From Eledone cirrhosa (Eukaryota), in the NCBI GenBank assembly GCA_964016885.1, contig OZ024746.1:82336001-82400000 (forward strand): a DNA stretch of 64,000 nucleotides. Reading direction: 5' to 3'. The position numbers and the translations under genes are program-made. The notes under the pieces were generated by a model. That model saw nothing but the letters and a program-made list of their open reading frames with translations. It did not search any database and was not told where the DNA came from. Shown piece after piece: positions 35,241 through 49,700 of this stretch (position 1 is the stretch's first letter; every line of letters begins with the position of its first letter).

Positions 35241-38200
35241 AAAGCAAAAACAAAAACCCATAACCTACATAAAAATAACCACTACCACAGTCACCAACAG
35301 TCTTCTAAACAGGAAACTTCTTCCTCTTTTTTAGCCATAATGAATCTGGCAAAAGAACTGGAAAAAACATTCGAGCTATCACCCAGCACCACCCTCCACT
35401 ATCACCCCACTGCACAAACTACCATTGCTGCCATTAACAAACAACAAATTAACAACACACCAAAACAATTAAAACCATCCACTCTCGCCTCTACATTTTT
35501 GCTTAACGCCCAAGGCATCAGCCCTTCCACCAATACTCAAAAATGGAAGATCAAATTCTGGAGGACTGGATTGATGTCCATCCAAACCACATCCCTTTCT
35601 TCGTCCTCACTGAAACCCATCTCAGTAACCTCCACTTGGAAGCCGAGGTGAAAGTGAAAAATTTCAAAGCCATCCGTGCTGATCGCGCTGGCAGAAGAAA
35701 GGCGGAACTGCCATTTATGTCCATAATTCTTTCTCAACAGAGGCTATGACATATTCACTAATGGATACTGTGAGGCAGTCACTGTATTCAGTCAAACCAA
35801 CAACCTATTAGTAGTTGGGCTCTATAGGCCACCCCAAACGCCTGTACCATGCTTCAAGAATGCCTCAACAGCATAAAGTGTTTCATCCAAGAGTGTCACC
35901 CTGACAACATCTTAATGATGGGGGACTTCAACCTCCCGGAGTTGACTGGTCCACAAACACCCTGCCACCAGGTTCTTCTGCCTCAACCTCTGACAGGGAA
36001 GCTGTGGAATCGCTTCTTGACTTCATGGATGATTTCTTCCTATCCCAACTAGTGCTCGAACCAACGAGGTGCCACAAAAACGTCCTAGACTTAATTTTCA
36101 GCAATCACACTGACAATATCCACAATATTGCAGTGGAGAAAACTCTACTCTCTGATCATGACATGGTTCTCTGTGATCTGAGTTTCCACCGTCCAATATA
36201 CAAACCCAATGTCATTTCTCCTGTCCATCCGTTTGACGCTATGGATTTCCACAATGCAAACTGGGAAGCGATCAGTCATGATCTTGCACATGTCGACTGG
36301 TCCTTCACGCACACTCATACACCCACTAACATCAAAAAGTCCTGGCAGACATTTGTGGACACTGTTACAAACATATGTGCTAAACACACCCCATTAAGAA
36401 CTATAAACAAATCTAAGAGCAGAATCCCTAGAAATAGAAAAACACTCATCAGAAAAATTAAGAGAACGAACAAAAAAATCAACAAGCTGAAATACTGTCA
36501 GCAGCAACACATCAACTTGACTGCCATTTCATCACTAGAGATTAAAAAACATAACCTCCAAAACAACATAATGTCCCTCATCAACAATCAGAGAAGAGCT
36601 GAAGAGGCCTGGGCCATTGAGAAGATCAAACTCAATCCCAAAGTGTTCTTTTCATTTGCAAAAAAACACAAAATCACTGGCTCTACTGTTGGCCCTCTAA
36701 TTGATGAAAATGGCACTCTTCAAGACAATGCTAAAACCATGGGTGAGATACTGCAGAAACAATACTGCTCTGTTTTCAGCAATCCTGATATGGCCGATCT
36801 GGGCTGTATCGGCGATGTTACTCCCCATTACACCTTATCGGACATAACGTTTGGCGCCCCTGATGTCTTGGCGGCAATAAAGGAAATCAAGCATAATTCA
36901 GCAGTAGGTCCCGATAGGTTCCCTGCTTGTGTCTTGAAGGCGTGTCAACACCAACTTGCTTCTCCTCTTGCCAATCTGTGGCGGAACTCACTGGATGCTG
37001 GATATGTGCCAGAAAACCTTCTATCCCAGTCTGTTGTCCCAGTTTTCAAAAAGGGAAACAAATCCCTTGCCGTGAATTACCGTCCAATCTCACTCACCTC
37101 TCATATCATTAAGGTATTTGAGCGAGTGGTGAGATCGCGAATGACCCACTTCCTTGAGAGTAACAATATGCTGAACTCCAACCAGCATGGATTCCGTAAT
37201 GGAAGGGATTGCCTGACGCAACTACTGCATCACTTTGATGACATTTTGAGAGCCTTGGGAGAGGGTTCCAACACTGATGTTATCTACCTTGATTTCAGCA
37301 AGGCCTTTGACAGGGTTGATCATAACATTCTACTGAGAAAGCTGTCCAATATTGGTGTCACTGGAAAGCTGCTGCAGTGGATCAAGAGCTTCCTGTCAAA
37401 CAGAACCCAACATGTTGTAGTTGAGGGAGTCAAATCAAGCCCAGCCAAAGTCAGTAGTGGAGTCCCACAAGGCACTGTGTTGGGCCCACTTCTCTTCATC
37501 ATCTATATTAATGACATCACTGACATCATCAAACACAGCAACATTAAAATTTTCGCTGATGATTCCAAGCTCCAAAAGGTCATCAATGGCGTGGATGACC
37601 GGATAAGCCTTCAGTCAGACCTACTGGCTGTTACCCAATGGGCAGAAAAGAACAACATGTTACTGAACGAAGACAAATTCGAACTGATCCACTTTGGAAA
37701 AGAGGATGCTCTGAAACTCCCGTACTCCCTTCCCTCCGGGGAAACTCTCGTGGCATCTAACAACATCAGAGACTTGGGAGTAACCGTGGACAGCAACATA
37801 AGCTGGACCACGCATATAAGCAGCAAAGTTGACATGGCCCGCAGAATGTGTTCCTGGATCCTCAGAACCTTCCAGTCGAGAGATTCCCGCACCATTATCC
37901 TTCTCTTCTCTACTTTCGCCCGACCACACCTTGAATACTGTTGTCCACTGTGGTCTCCCCACACGAAACAAAGTATCATGAAACTTGAAGCTCCTCAAAG
38001 GGCAATCACGAAAAAGATAGATGGCTTGTCAGACCTTGACTACTGGGGTCGATTGGAAAACCTGAAACTTTACTCACTCCAACGTCGCCGTGAGCGTTAT
38101 ATTATCTGCATGATGTGGAAAATGTTCCATCATCACTGCCCAAATGATGTTGGCATCGCCTTCAAGATACACCCAAGGCTTGGGCCCCGTGCTATCCGTC

Positions 38201-38532
38201 CCATTCAAAAATCTAAATCGCAACTCATAACAACAATACGGCACAATTATTTCACCTCAATCGGCCCTGCTCTCTTCAACATCACACCAGGACACGTCAA
38301 AACAGAAACTGACCACACAAAATTCAAGAAGTCTTTGGACAAATTCCTCCAAGTAATCCCGGACAAACCACCCACACCCGGATATGTCTCCGCAAACAGT
38401 AATTCTCTTCTCGAATGGGCCATGGTGCCCAAATCCTGAATTGAAAGACTTCGCCAGGTGGTGCTATTAAGTTAGACATGGCCTGGGCCAATACTGGCCA
38501 AAACATTTCAAAGTTATTCAAAGTTCAAAGTT
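35241..38532 (+). mobile_element. CR1-type LINE, 5'-truncated, EN region frameshifted
   Basis: EN fragments in several frames (LLNAQG, LTETHL, RADR, GLYRPP, MGDFNLP) precede the ORF at 36004-38439. A short 3' UTR ends in ttcaaagtt repeats and then (TA)n. Confidence 0.88.
36004..38439 (+). CDS. CR1-type ORF2, uninterrupted part (EN C-terminus plus RT)
   Basis: [87 protein letters not shown]. Confidence 0.85.
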   Translation: MESLLDFMDDFFLSQLVLEPTRCHKNVLDLIFSNHTDNIHNIAVEKTLLSDHDMVLCDLSFHRPIYKPNVISPVHPFDAMDFHNANWEAISHDLAHVDWSFTHTHTPTNIKKSWQTFVDTVTNICAKHTPLRTINKSKSRIPRNRKTLIRKIKRTNKKINKLKYCQQQHINLTAISSLEIKKHNLQNNIMSLINNQRRAEEAWAIEKIKLNPKVFFSFAKKHKITGSTVGPLIDENGTLQDNAKTMGEILQKQYCSVFSNPDMADLGCIGDVTPHYTLSDITFGAPDVLAAIKEIKHNSAVGPDRFPACVLKACQHQLASPLANLWRNSLDAGYVPENLLSQSVVPVFKKGNKSLAVNYRPISLTSHIIKVFERVVRSRMTHFLESNNMLNSNQHGFRNGRDCLTQLLHHFDDILRALGEGSNTDVIYLDFSKAFDRVDHNILLRKLSNIGVTGKLLQWIKSFLSNRTQHVVVEGVKSSPAKVSSGVPQGTVLGPLLFIIYINDITDIIKHSNIKIFADDSKLQKVINGVDDRISLQSDLLAVTQWAEKNNMLLNEDKFELIHFGKEDALKLPYSLPSGETLVASNNIRDLGVTVDSNISWTTHISSKVDMARRMCSWILRTFQSRDSRTIILLFSTFARPHLEYCCPLWSPHTKQSIMKLEAPQRAITKKIDGLSDLDYWGRLENLKLYSLQRRRERYIICMMWKMFHHHCPNDVGIAFKIHPRLGPRAIRPIQKSKSQLITTIRHNYFTSIGPALFNITPGHVKTETDHTKFKKSLDKFLQVIPDKPPTPGYVSANSNSLLEWAMVPKS

Positions 38533-38550
38533 ATATATATATATATATAC

Positions 38551-38590
<40 letters not shown>

Positions 38591-38773
38591 GTATATATAT
38601 ATATATACATATGTATATATATATATATACATATGTATATATATATATATATACATATGTATATATATATATACATATGTATATATATATATACATATGT
38701 ATATATATATATGTATATATATATACATATGTATATATATATATATACATATGTATATATATATATACATATG

Positions 38774-38804
<31 letters not shown>

Positions 38805-38863
38805 GTATATATATATACATATGTATATATATATATACATATGTATATATATATATACATATG

Positions 38864-38899
<36 letters not shown>

Positions 38900-38905
38900 C
38901 ATATG

Positions 38906-38943
<38 letters not shown>

Positions 38944-38983
38944 TATGTATATATATATATATATGTATATATATATACATATG

Positions 38984-39021
<38 letters not shown>

Positions 39022-39025
39022 TATG

Positions 39026-39061
<36 letters not shown>

Positions 39062-39207
39062 CATATGTATATATATGTATATATATATATATACATATGT
39101 ATATCTATATATATACATATGTATATATATGTATATATATATATGTATATATATGTATATATATATGTGTATATATATGTATATATATATATATATATAT
39201 GTGTATA

Positions 39208-39244
<37 letters not shown>

Positions 39245-39325
39245 ATATATATGTATATATATATGTATATATATATATATATATGTGTATATATATGTAT
39301 ATATATATATATATATATGTGTATA

Positions 39326-39362
<37 letters not shown>

Positions 39363-39399
39363 ATATATATGTATATATATATGTATATATATATATATA

Positions 39400-39454
<55 letters not shown>

Positions 39455-39573
39455 ATATATATGTATATATATATATATATATGTGTATATATATGTATAT
39501 ATATGTATATATATATATATATATATGTGTATATATATGTATATATATATATATATATGTGTATATACATATA
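38533..39573. repeat. (TA)n array with palindromic tacatatgta units
   Basis: Direct reading. Confidence 0.95.
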
Positions 39574-39773
39574 NNNNNNNNNNNNNNNNNNNNNNNNNNN
39601 NNNNNNNNNNNNNNNNNNNNNNNNNNNNNNNNNNNNNNNNNNNNNNNNNNNNNNNNNNNNNNNNNNNNNNNNNNNNNNNNNNNNNNNNNNNNNNNNNNNN
39701 NNNNNNNNNNNNNNNNNNNNNNNNNNNNNNNNNNNNNNNNNNNNNNNNNNNNNNNNNNNNNNNNNNNNNNNNN
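39574..39773. other. Assembly gap (200 N)
   Basis: Run of N. Confidence 0.99.
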
Positions 39774-41639
39774 ACTTTGCTGCTTATATGCGTGGTCCAG
39801 CTTATGTTGCTGTCCACGGTTACTCCCAAGTCTCTGATGTTGTTAGATGCCACGAGAGTTTCCCCGGAGGGAAGGGAGTACGGGAGTTTCAGAGCATCCT
39901 CTTTTCCAAAGTGGATCAGTTCGAATTTGTCTTCGTTCAGTAACATGTTGTTCTTTTCTGCCCATTGGGTAACAGCCAGTAGGTCTGACTGAAGGCTTAT
40001 CCGGTCATCCACGCCATTGATGACCTTTTGGAGCTTGGAATCATCAGCGAAAATTTTAATGTTGCTGTGTTTGATGATGTCAGTGATGTCATTAATATAG
40101 ATGATGAAGAGAAGTGGGCCCAACACAGTGCCTTGTGGGACCCCACTACTGACTTTGGCTGGGCTTGATTTGACTCCCTCAACTACAACATGTTGGGTTC
40201 TGTTTGACAGGAAGCTCTTGATCCACTGCAGCAGCTTTCCAGTGACACCAATATTGGACAGCTTTCTCAGTAGAATGTTATGATCAACCCTGTCAAAGGC
40301 CTTGCTGAAATCAAGGTAGATAACATCAGTGTTGGAACCCTCTCCCAAGGCTCTCAAAATGTCATCAAAGTGATGCAGTAGCTGCGTCAGGCAATCCCTT
40401 CCATTACGGAATCCATGCTGGTTGGAGTTCAGCATATTGTTACTCTCAAGGAAGTGGGTCATTCGCGATCTCACCACTCTCTCAAATACCTTAATGATAT
40501 GAGAGGTGAGTGAGATTGGACGGTAATTCACGGCAAGGGATTTGTTTCCCTTTTTGAAAACTGGGACAACAGACTGGGATAGAAGGTTTTCTGGCACATA
40601 TCCAGCATCCAGTGAGTTCCGCCACAGATTGGCAAGAGGAGATGCAAGTTGGTGTTGACACGCCTTCAAGACACAAGCAGGGAACCTATCGGGACCTACT
40701 GCTGAATTATGCTTGATTTCCTTTATTGCCGCCAAGACATCAGGGGCGCCAAACGTTATGTCCGATAAGGTGTAATGGGGAGTAACATCGCCGATACAGC
40801 CCAGATCGGCCATATCAGGATTGCTGAAAACAGAGCAGTATTGTTTCTGCAGTATCTCACCCATGGTTTTAGCATTGTCTTGAAGAGTGCCATTTTCATC
40901 AATTAGAGGGCCAACAGTAGAGCCAGTGATTTTGTGTTTTTTTGCAAATGAAAAGAACACTTTGGGATTGAGTTTGATCTTCTCAATGGCCCAGGCCTCT
41001 TCAGCTCTTCTCTGATTGTTGATGAGGGACATTATGTTGTTTTGGAGGTTATGTTTTTTAATCTCTAGTGATGAAATGGCAGTCAAGTTGTGTTGCTGCT
41101 GACAGTATTTCAGCTTGTTGATTTTTTTGTTCGTTCTCTTAATTTTTCTGATGAGCGTTTTTCTATTTCTAGGGATTCTGCTCTTAGATTTGTTTATAGT
41201 TCTTAATGGGGTGTGTTTAGCACATATGTTTGTAACAGTGTCCACAAATGTCTGCCAGGACTTTTTGATGTTAGTGGGTGTATGAGTGTGCGTGAAGGAC
41301 CAGTCGACATGTGCAAGATCATGACTGATCGCTTCCCAGTTTGCATTGTGGAAATCCATAGCGTCAAACGGATGGACAGGAGAGATGACATTGGATTTGT
41401 ATATTGGACGGTGGAATCTCAGATCACAGAGAACCATGTCATGATCAGAGAGTAGAGTTTTCTCCACTGCAATATTGTGGATATTGTCAGTGTGATTGCT
41501 GAAAATTAAGTCTAGGACGTTTTTGTGGCACCTCGTTGGTTCGAGCACCAGTTGGGATAGGAAGAAATCATCCATGAAGTCAAGAAGCGATTCCACAGCT
41601 TCCCTGTCAGAGGTTGAGGCAGAAGAACCTGGTGGCAGG
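39774..41639 (-). mobile_element. Second, inverted copy of the CR1-type LINE (partial)
   Basis: Reverse complement of 35961-37829 with few differences (DLSF/DLRF, KPNV/KSNV, QHINL/QHNL). The 3' part is lost in the gap and the 5' end abuts TA. Confidence 0.92.
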
Positions 41640-41640
41640 C

Positions 41641-42085
<445 letters not shown>

Positions 42086-43873
42086 AGTGACATTGTCTTG
42101 GAGAGGTGTAAGTGTGTGATGTCGGAGTTTATCAGCTCGTCCCAGGTTTTTCTAGGTCTGCCTATTCCGTGACTACCGTCTATCTTTATTGCCCTGCACT
42201 TTGTTATACAGCTATCGACTTTCATGCGCATCACGTGTCCATACCAACGTAGCCTTCTCTCGAGTAAACAACATCTGATCCCTCTTATCTCTAATTTTTT
42301 CCTTAGTTCGTTTATGCTTTGCCGTTCACGTATATTACTGTTACACATCCAGCGGAGCATGCAAGCTTCGTTCCTCTCTAGTCTGCGTATATCCTCTGCA
42401 CACAATGCCCAGGTCTCTCTGCCATGCAGCATTGCTGTTCGTATGCAGGCATCGTACAACCTGCCTTTCATTTTTAGGGAGAACCCTTTAGCAGCTAATA
42501 GTGGTATAAGCTCTCTGAACTTTTTCCAACCAGTTCTGACTCTAGCTACAGTACTTTCAGAGCACCCTCCCCCACTGCTGATTTTATCGCCCAGGTAACG
42601 GAAGCTGTCCACTATTTCTATAGAACCCTCTGCGCAATTGAAAGAGCTAGTAGCTTGTGGGCACTTGCTGCTACTTATTGCACCAGAGCACCGGCCACAT
42701 GTAAAATCTATGTTCTTAGTTAGCTTACCTGTGATCCCACTACATCTTTTATGCACCCATACTTTGCATTTAGGACATAAAATGGAGTTTCTACCTACGC
42801 CTTTCCTACACACCGAGCACGACCATTTCCCAGAAGGGACCGCCGCCTTGTTTTCTTTCCTACAAACTAGTACTTTGGTCTTAGCCAGGTTAATTTTAAG
42901 TCCTTTTGACTCTAGGCCGTGCTTCCATGTTTGGAATTTCTTCTCTAGCTCGGCCATTGATTCCGCTATGAGTGTCAGGTCGTCTGCGTATAGGAGTTCC
43001 CATGGGCAGCCTGTCTTGAACTCTTCTGTTATAGCCTGAAGGGCAATAATAAATAGTAGTGGGCTGAGAACAGAGCCCTGATGGACGCCAACTTTTACGC
43101 TAAACTCTTCACTATATTCGTTGTTAATTCTAACCTTGCTGACTGTTTCTTTATACATGGCTTGTATAGCCCTCACAAGCCATTCGTCAACGCCTAGTTT
43201 TCTAAGAGCCCACCAGATAAGAGCCCACCAGATAATGGAGCGGGGGACTCTGTCGAAGGCTTTCTCCAAGTCGACAAAAGCTAAGTAGAGGGGTTTACCT
43301 TTAGCTAGGTACTTCTCCTGTAGTTGTCGTACTATGAAAAGAGCGTCTGTGGTACTTTTGCCTGACACAAACCCGAACTGCATTTCATCTAGGTCAATTC
43401 TCTCTCTGATTAGTTGCGCTATTACTTTTTCCATGACCTTCATGACCTGGTCGATTAATTTAATGCCTCTATAGTTACTCCTATCTAGGGCGTCTCCTTT
43501 ACCCTTATAACAGTTAACGATGATGCTGCTATGCCAGTCCTTCGGAACAACCCCATTCTGTGCGACTTGGTTAACTATGCGGGTGACCATGGTGTGTCCC
43601 ACCGTGCCAGATGCCTTCAGCATCTCAGCAACTATTTCCGAAGGCCCAGCCGCCTTACCCGTCTTCATATCCTTGATTGCCTTACTTATTATACTCCCCT
43701 CGACTAACACTGCTGGTCCCTCTATTGGGTCGATCTGGGGGAGACTGTCTTTCTCCCATTTATTCTCCTCATTTAGTAGCCTTTCATAGTGACACTTCCA
43801 AGCTACCTTCTTATCAGCGTCGGTGATGGCAAGTGTGCCATCGTCGTTTAGTACACACTTCTCCCCGACAATA
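42086..43873 (-). mobile_element. Internal fragment of the RTE(PHD) LINE, truncated at both ends by TA arrays
   Basis: RT highly similar to 47233-50253 ([16 protein letters not shown] insert), with a 15-nt duplication giving [10 protein letters not shown]. It lacks the EN and 3' UTR. Confidence 0.92.
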
Positions 43874-46730
<2,857 letters not shown>

Positions 46731-49700
46731 TCATCATCATCATCATCAGGTTTAGCGTCCGTGTTCCACGCTTGCATGGGTTTGGACGGGGGTTTTCCCA
46801 CTTGAGGCAAGAGTGGTTGTCTTGCTCGCATAGGACTGTCTGGCGGGTTTTCTACAGTTGGATGCCCTTCCTAACACCAACCACATTTACAGTGTGGGGC
46901 TGGGAGGTTTTTACCGTGTTGCCTACACGGCCACATTACAGCGTGGACTGTCTGGCGGGTTTTCTACAGCTGGATGCCCTTCCTAACACCAACCACATTT
47001 ACAGTGTGGGGCTGGGAGGTTTTTACCGTGTTGCCTACACGGCCACATTTACAGCGTGGACTGTGTGTTTTTTGTCGTGACACCTACACGATCTCATTTG
47101 TTTCGGCCTGGATGTTGTGGGACCAACATAACTTTACATTGAAAGGGGCGGTGTGGGTGGGGTGGAGGTGGTGGGACGGGGGTGTGTTTTGATAGAGGTG
47201 CCTACTGACTGTAGTAGGTTTTTACTTTGTATTTAGGTAAGGCGGGTCTTCTCTATTACTGAGTACCGCCAAAGGTCTCGGTCCAGTGACATTGTCTTGG
47301 AGAGGTGTAAGCGTGTGAGGTCGGAATTTATCAGCTCGTCCCATGTTTTTCTGGGTCTGCCTACTCCGTGGCTACCGTCTATCTTTATTGCCCTGCACTT
47401 TGTTATACAGCTGTCGTCTTTCATGCGCATCACGTGACCGTACCAACGTAGCCTTCTCTCGAGTAAACAACATCTGATCCCTCTTATTTCTAATTTTTTC
47501 CTTAGTTCGTTTATGCTTTGCCGTTCGCGTATATTACTATTGCACATCCAGCGGAGCATGCAAGCTTCGTTCCTCTCTAGTCTGCGTATATCCTCTGCAC
47601 ACAATGCCCAGGTCTCACTGCCATGCAGCATTGCTGTTCGTATGCAGGCATCGTATAACCTGCCTTTCATTTTTAGGGAGAACCCTCTAGCGGCTAATAG
47701 TGGTATAAGATCTCTGAACTTTTTCCATCCAGTTCTGACTCTAGCTACTGTACTTTCAGAGCACCCTCCCCCACTGCTGATTTTGTCACCCAGATAACGG
47801 AAGCTGTCCACTATTTCTTTAGAACCCTCTGCGCAGTTGAAGGAGCTAGTATTTTGTGGGCACTTGCTGCTACTTATTGCACCAGAGCACCGGCCACATG
47901 TAAAATCTATGTTCTTAGTTAGCTTACCTGTGATCCCACTACATCTTTTATGCACCCATACTTTGCATTTGGGACATAAAATGGAGTTTCTACCTACGCC
48001 TTTCCTACACACTGAGCATGGCCATTTCCCCGATGGGACCGCCGCCTTATTTTCTTTCCTACAAACTAGAACTTTAGTCTTAGCCATGTTAATTTTAAGG
48101 CCTTTTGATTCTAGGCCGTGCTTCCACGTTTGGAATTTCTTCTCTAGTTCGGTCATTGATTCAGCTATGAGCGTTAGATCATCTGCGTATAGGAGTTCCC
48201 ATGGGCAGCCGGTCTTGAACTCCTCTGTTATAGCCTGAAGGGCAATAATAAATAGTAGGGGGCTAAGTACAGAGCCCTGATGGACACCAACTTTTACGCT
48301 AAACTCTTCACTATATTCGTTGTTAATTCTAACCTTACTGACTGTTTCTTTATACATGGCTTGTATAGCTCTCACAAGCCATTCGTCAACACCTAGTTTT
48401 CTAAGAGACCACCAGATAATGGAACGGGGGACTCTGTCGAAGGCTTTCTCCAAGTCGACAAAAGCTAAGTATAGGGGTTTACTTTTAGCTAGGTACTTCT
48501 CCTGTAGTTGTCGTACAATGAAAAGAGCGTCTGTGGTACTTTTGCCTGACACAAACCCGAACTGCATTTCATCTAGATCAATTCTCTCTCTGATTAGTTG
48601 CGCTATTACTTTTTCCGTGACCTTCATGACCTGGTCGATTAATTTAATGCCTCTATAGTTACTCCTATCTAGGGCATCTCCTTTTCCCTTATAGCAGTTA
48701 ACGATGATGCTGCTACGCCATTCCTTCGGAACAACCCCATTCTGTACGACTTGGTTAACTATCCGGGTGACCATGGTGTGTCCCACCGAACCAGATGCCT
48801 TCAGCATCTCAGCAACTATTTCCGAAGGCCCAGCCGCCTTACCCGTCTTCATATCTTTGATTGCCTTACTTATTATACTACCTTCAACTAACACTGCTGG
48901 TCCCTCTATTGGATCGATCTGGGGGAGACTGTCTTTCTCCCATTTGTTCTCCTCATTTAGAAGCCTTTCGTAGTGACACTTCCAAGCTACCTTCTTATCA
49001 GCGTCGGTGATGGCAAGTATGCCATCATCGTTAAGTACACACTTCTCCCCGACAATATCACGGTTTTCCTTGACACATTGCCTGGCAATCCTGAACACCT
49101 CACGTTTTTGGTCCTCACGTTGTAGAACATGCTTGAACTTTCTTTCCTCTGCTTCCCTTCTTGCGAAGTACACTTGTCTCCTAGCTTCCCTCCTGGCCAC
49201 TTGATAGTCTTCTCTACTTCCCCCATCCCGCCATACTTTCCAAGCCTGCTTTTTGGCCTTAATTGACTCCTCCACCTTACTGTTCCACCACCATGTTACT
49301 CTCCTCCTACCTACAGGCCTGCTCCAGCCACAGACTTCGTCTGCCGCCGTCAGCAGGTTTGCTCTCAGGAATTCCCACTGTTCCTCTATATTATACGACT
49401 CTAATTGCTCTTCCTTACTGTCGAAAGCGTCAAGTAATTTGCTTTGAAATTTATTTCTGGCTATGGGGTCCTTTAGCTTCCATATTTTTCTCCTGAGGAT
49501 AGTCCTCTTCCGCTGTCTAGTACATCTCGTCCTGACTATGAGGTCGCTAATTATCAGTCTATGTTGGGAGGTGAATTCTTCATGGGGGTGGGATTTAGTG
49601 TTAACAACAGACACTCTGTCACGTCTTCTGGTAAGGATATAATCTACCTGGCTTGTGTGTTCCCCCGATCTATAGGTGATCAAGTGATTGTCTCGTTTTT

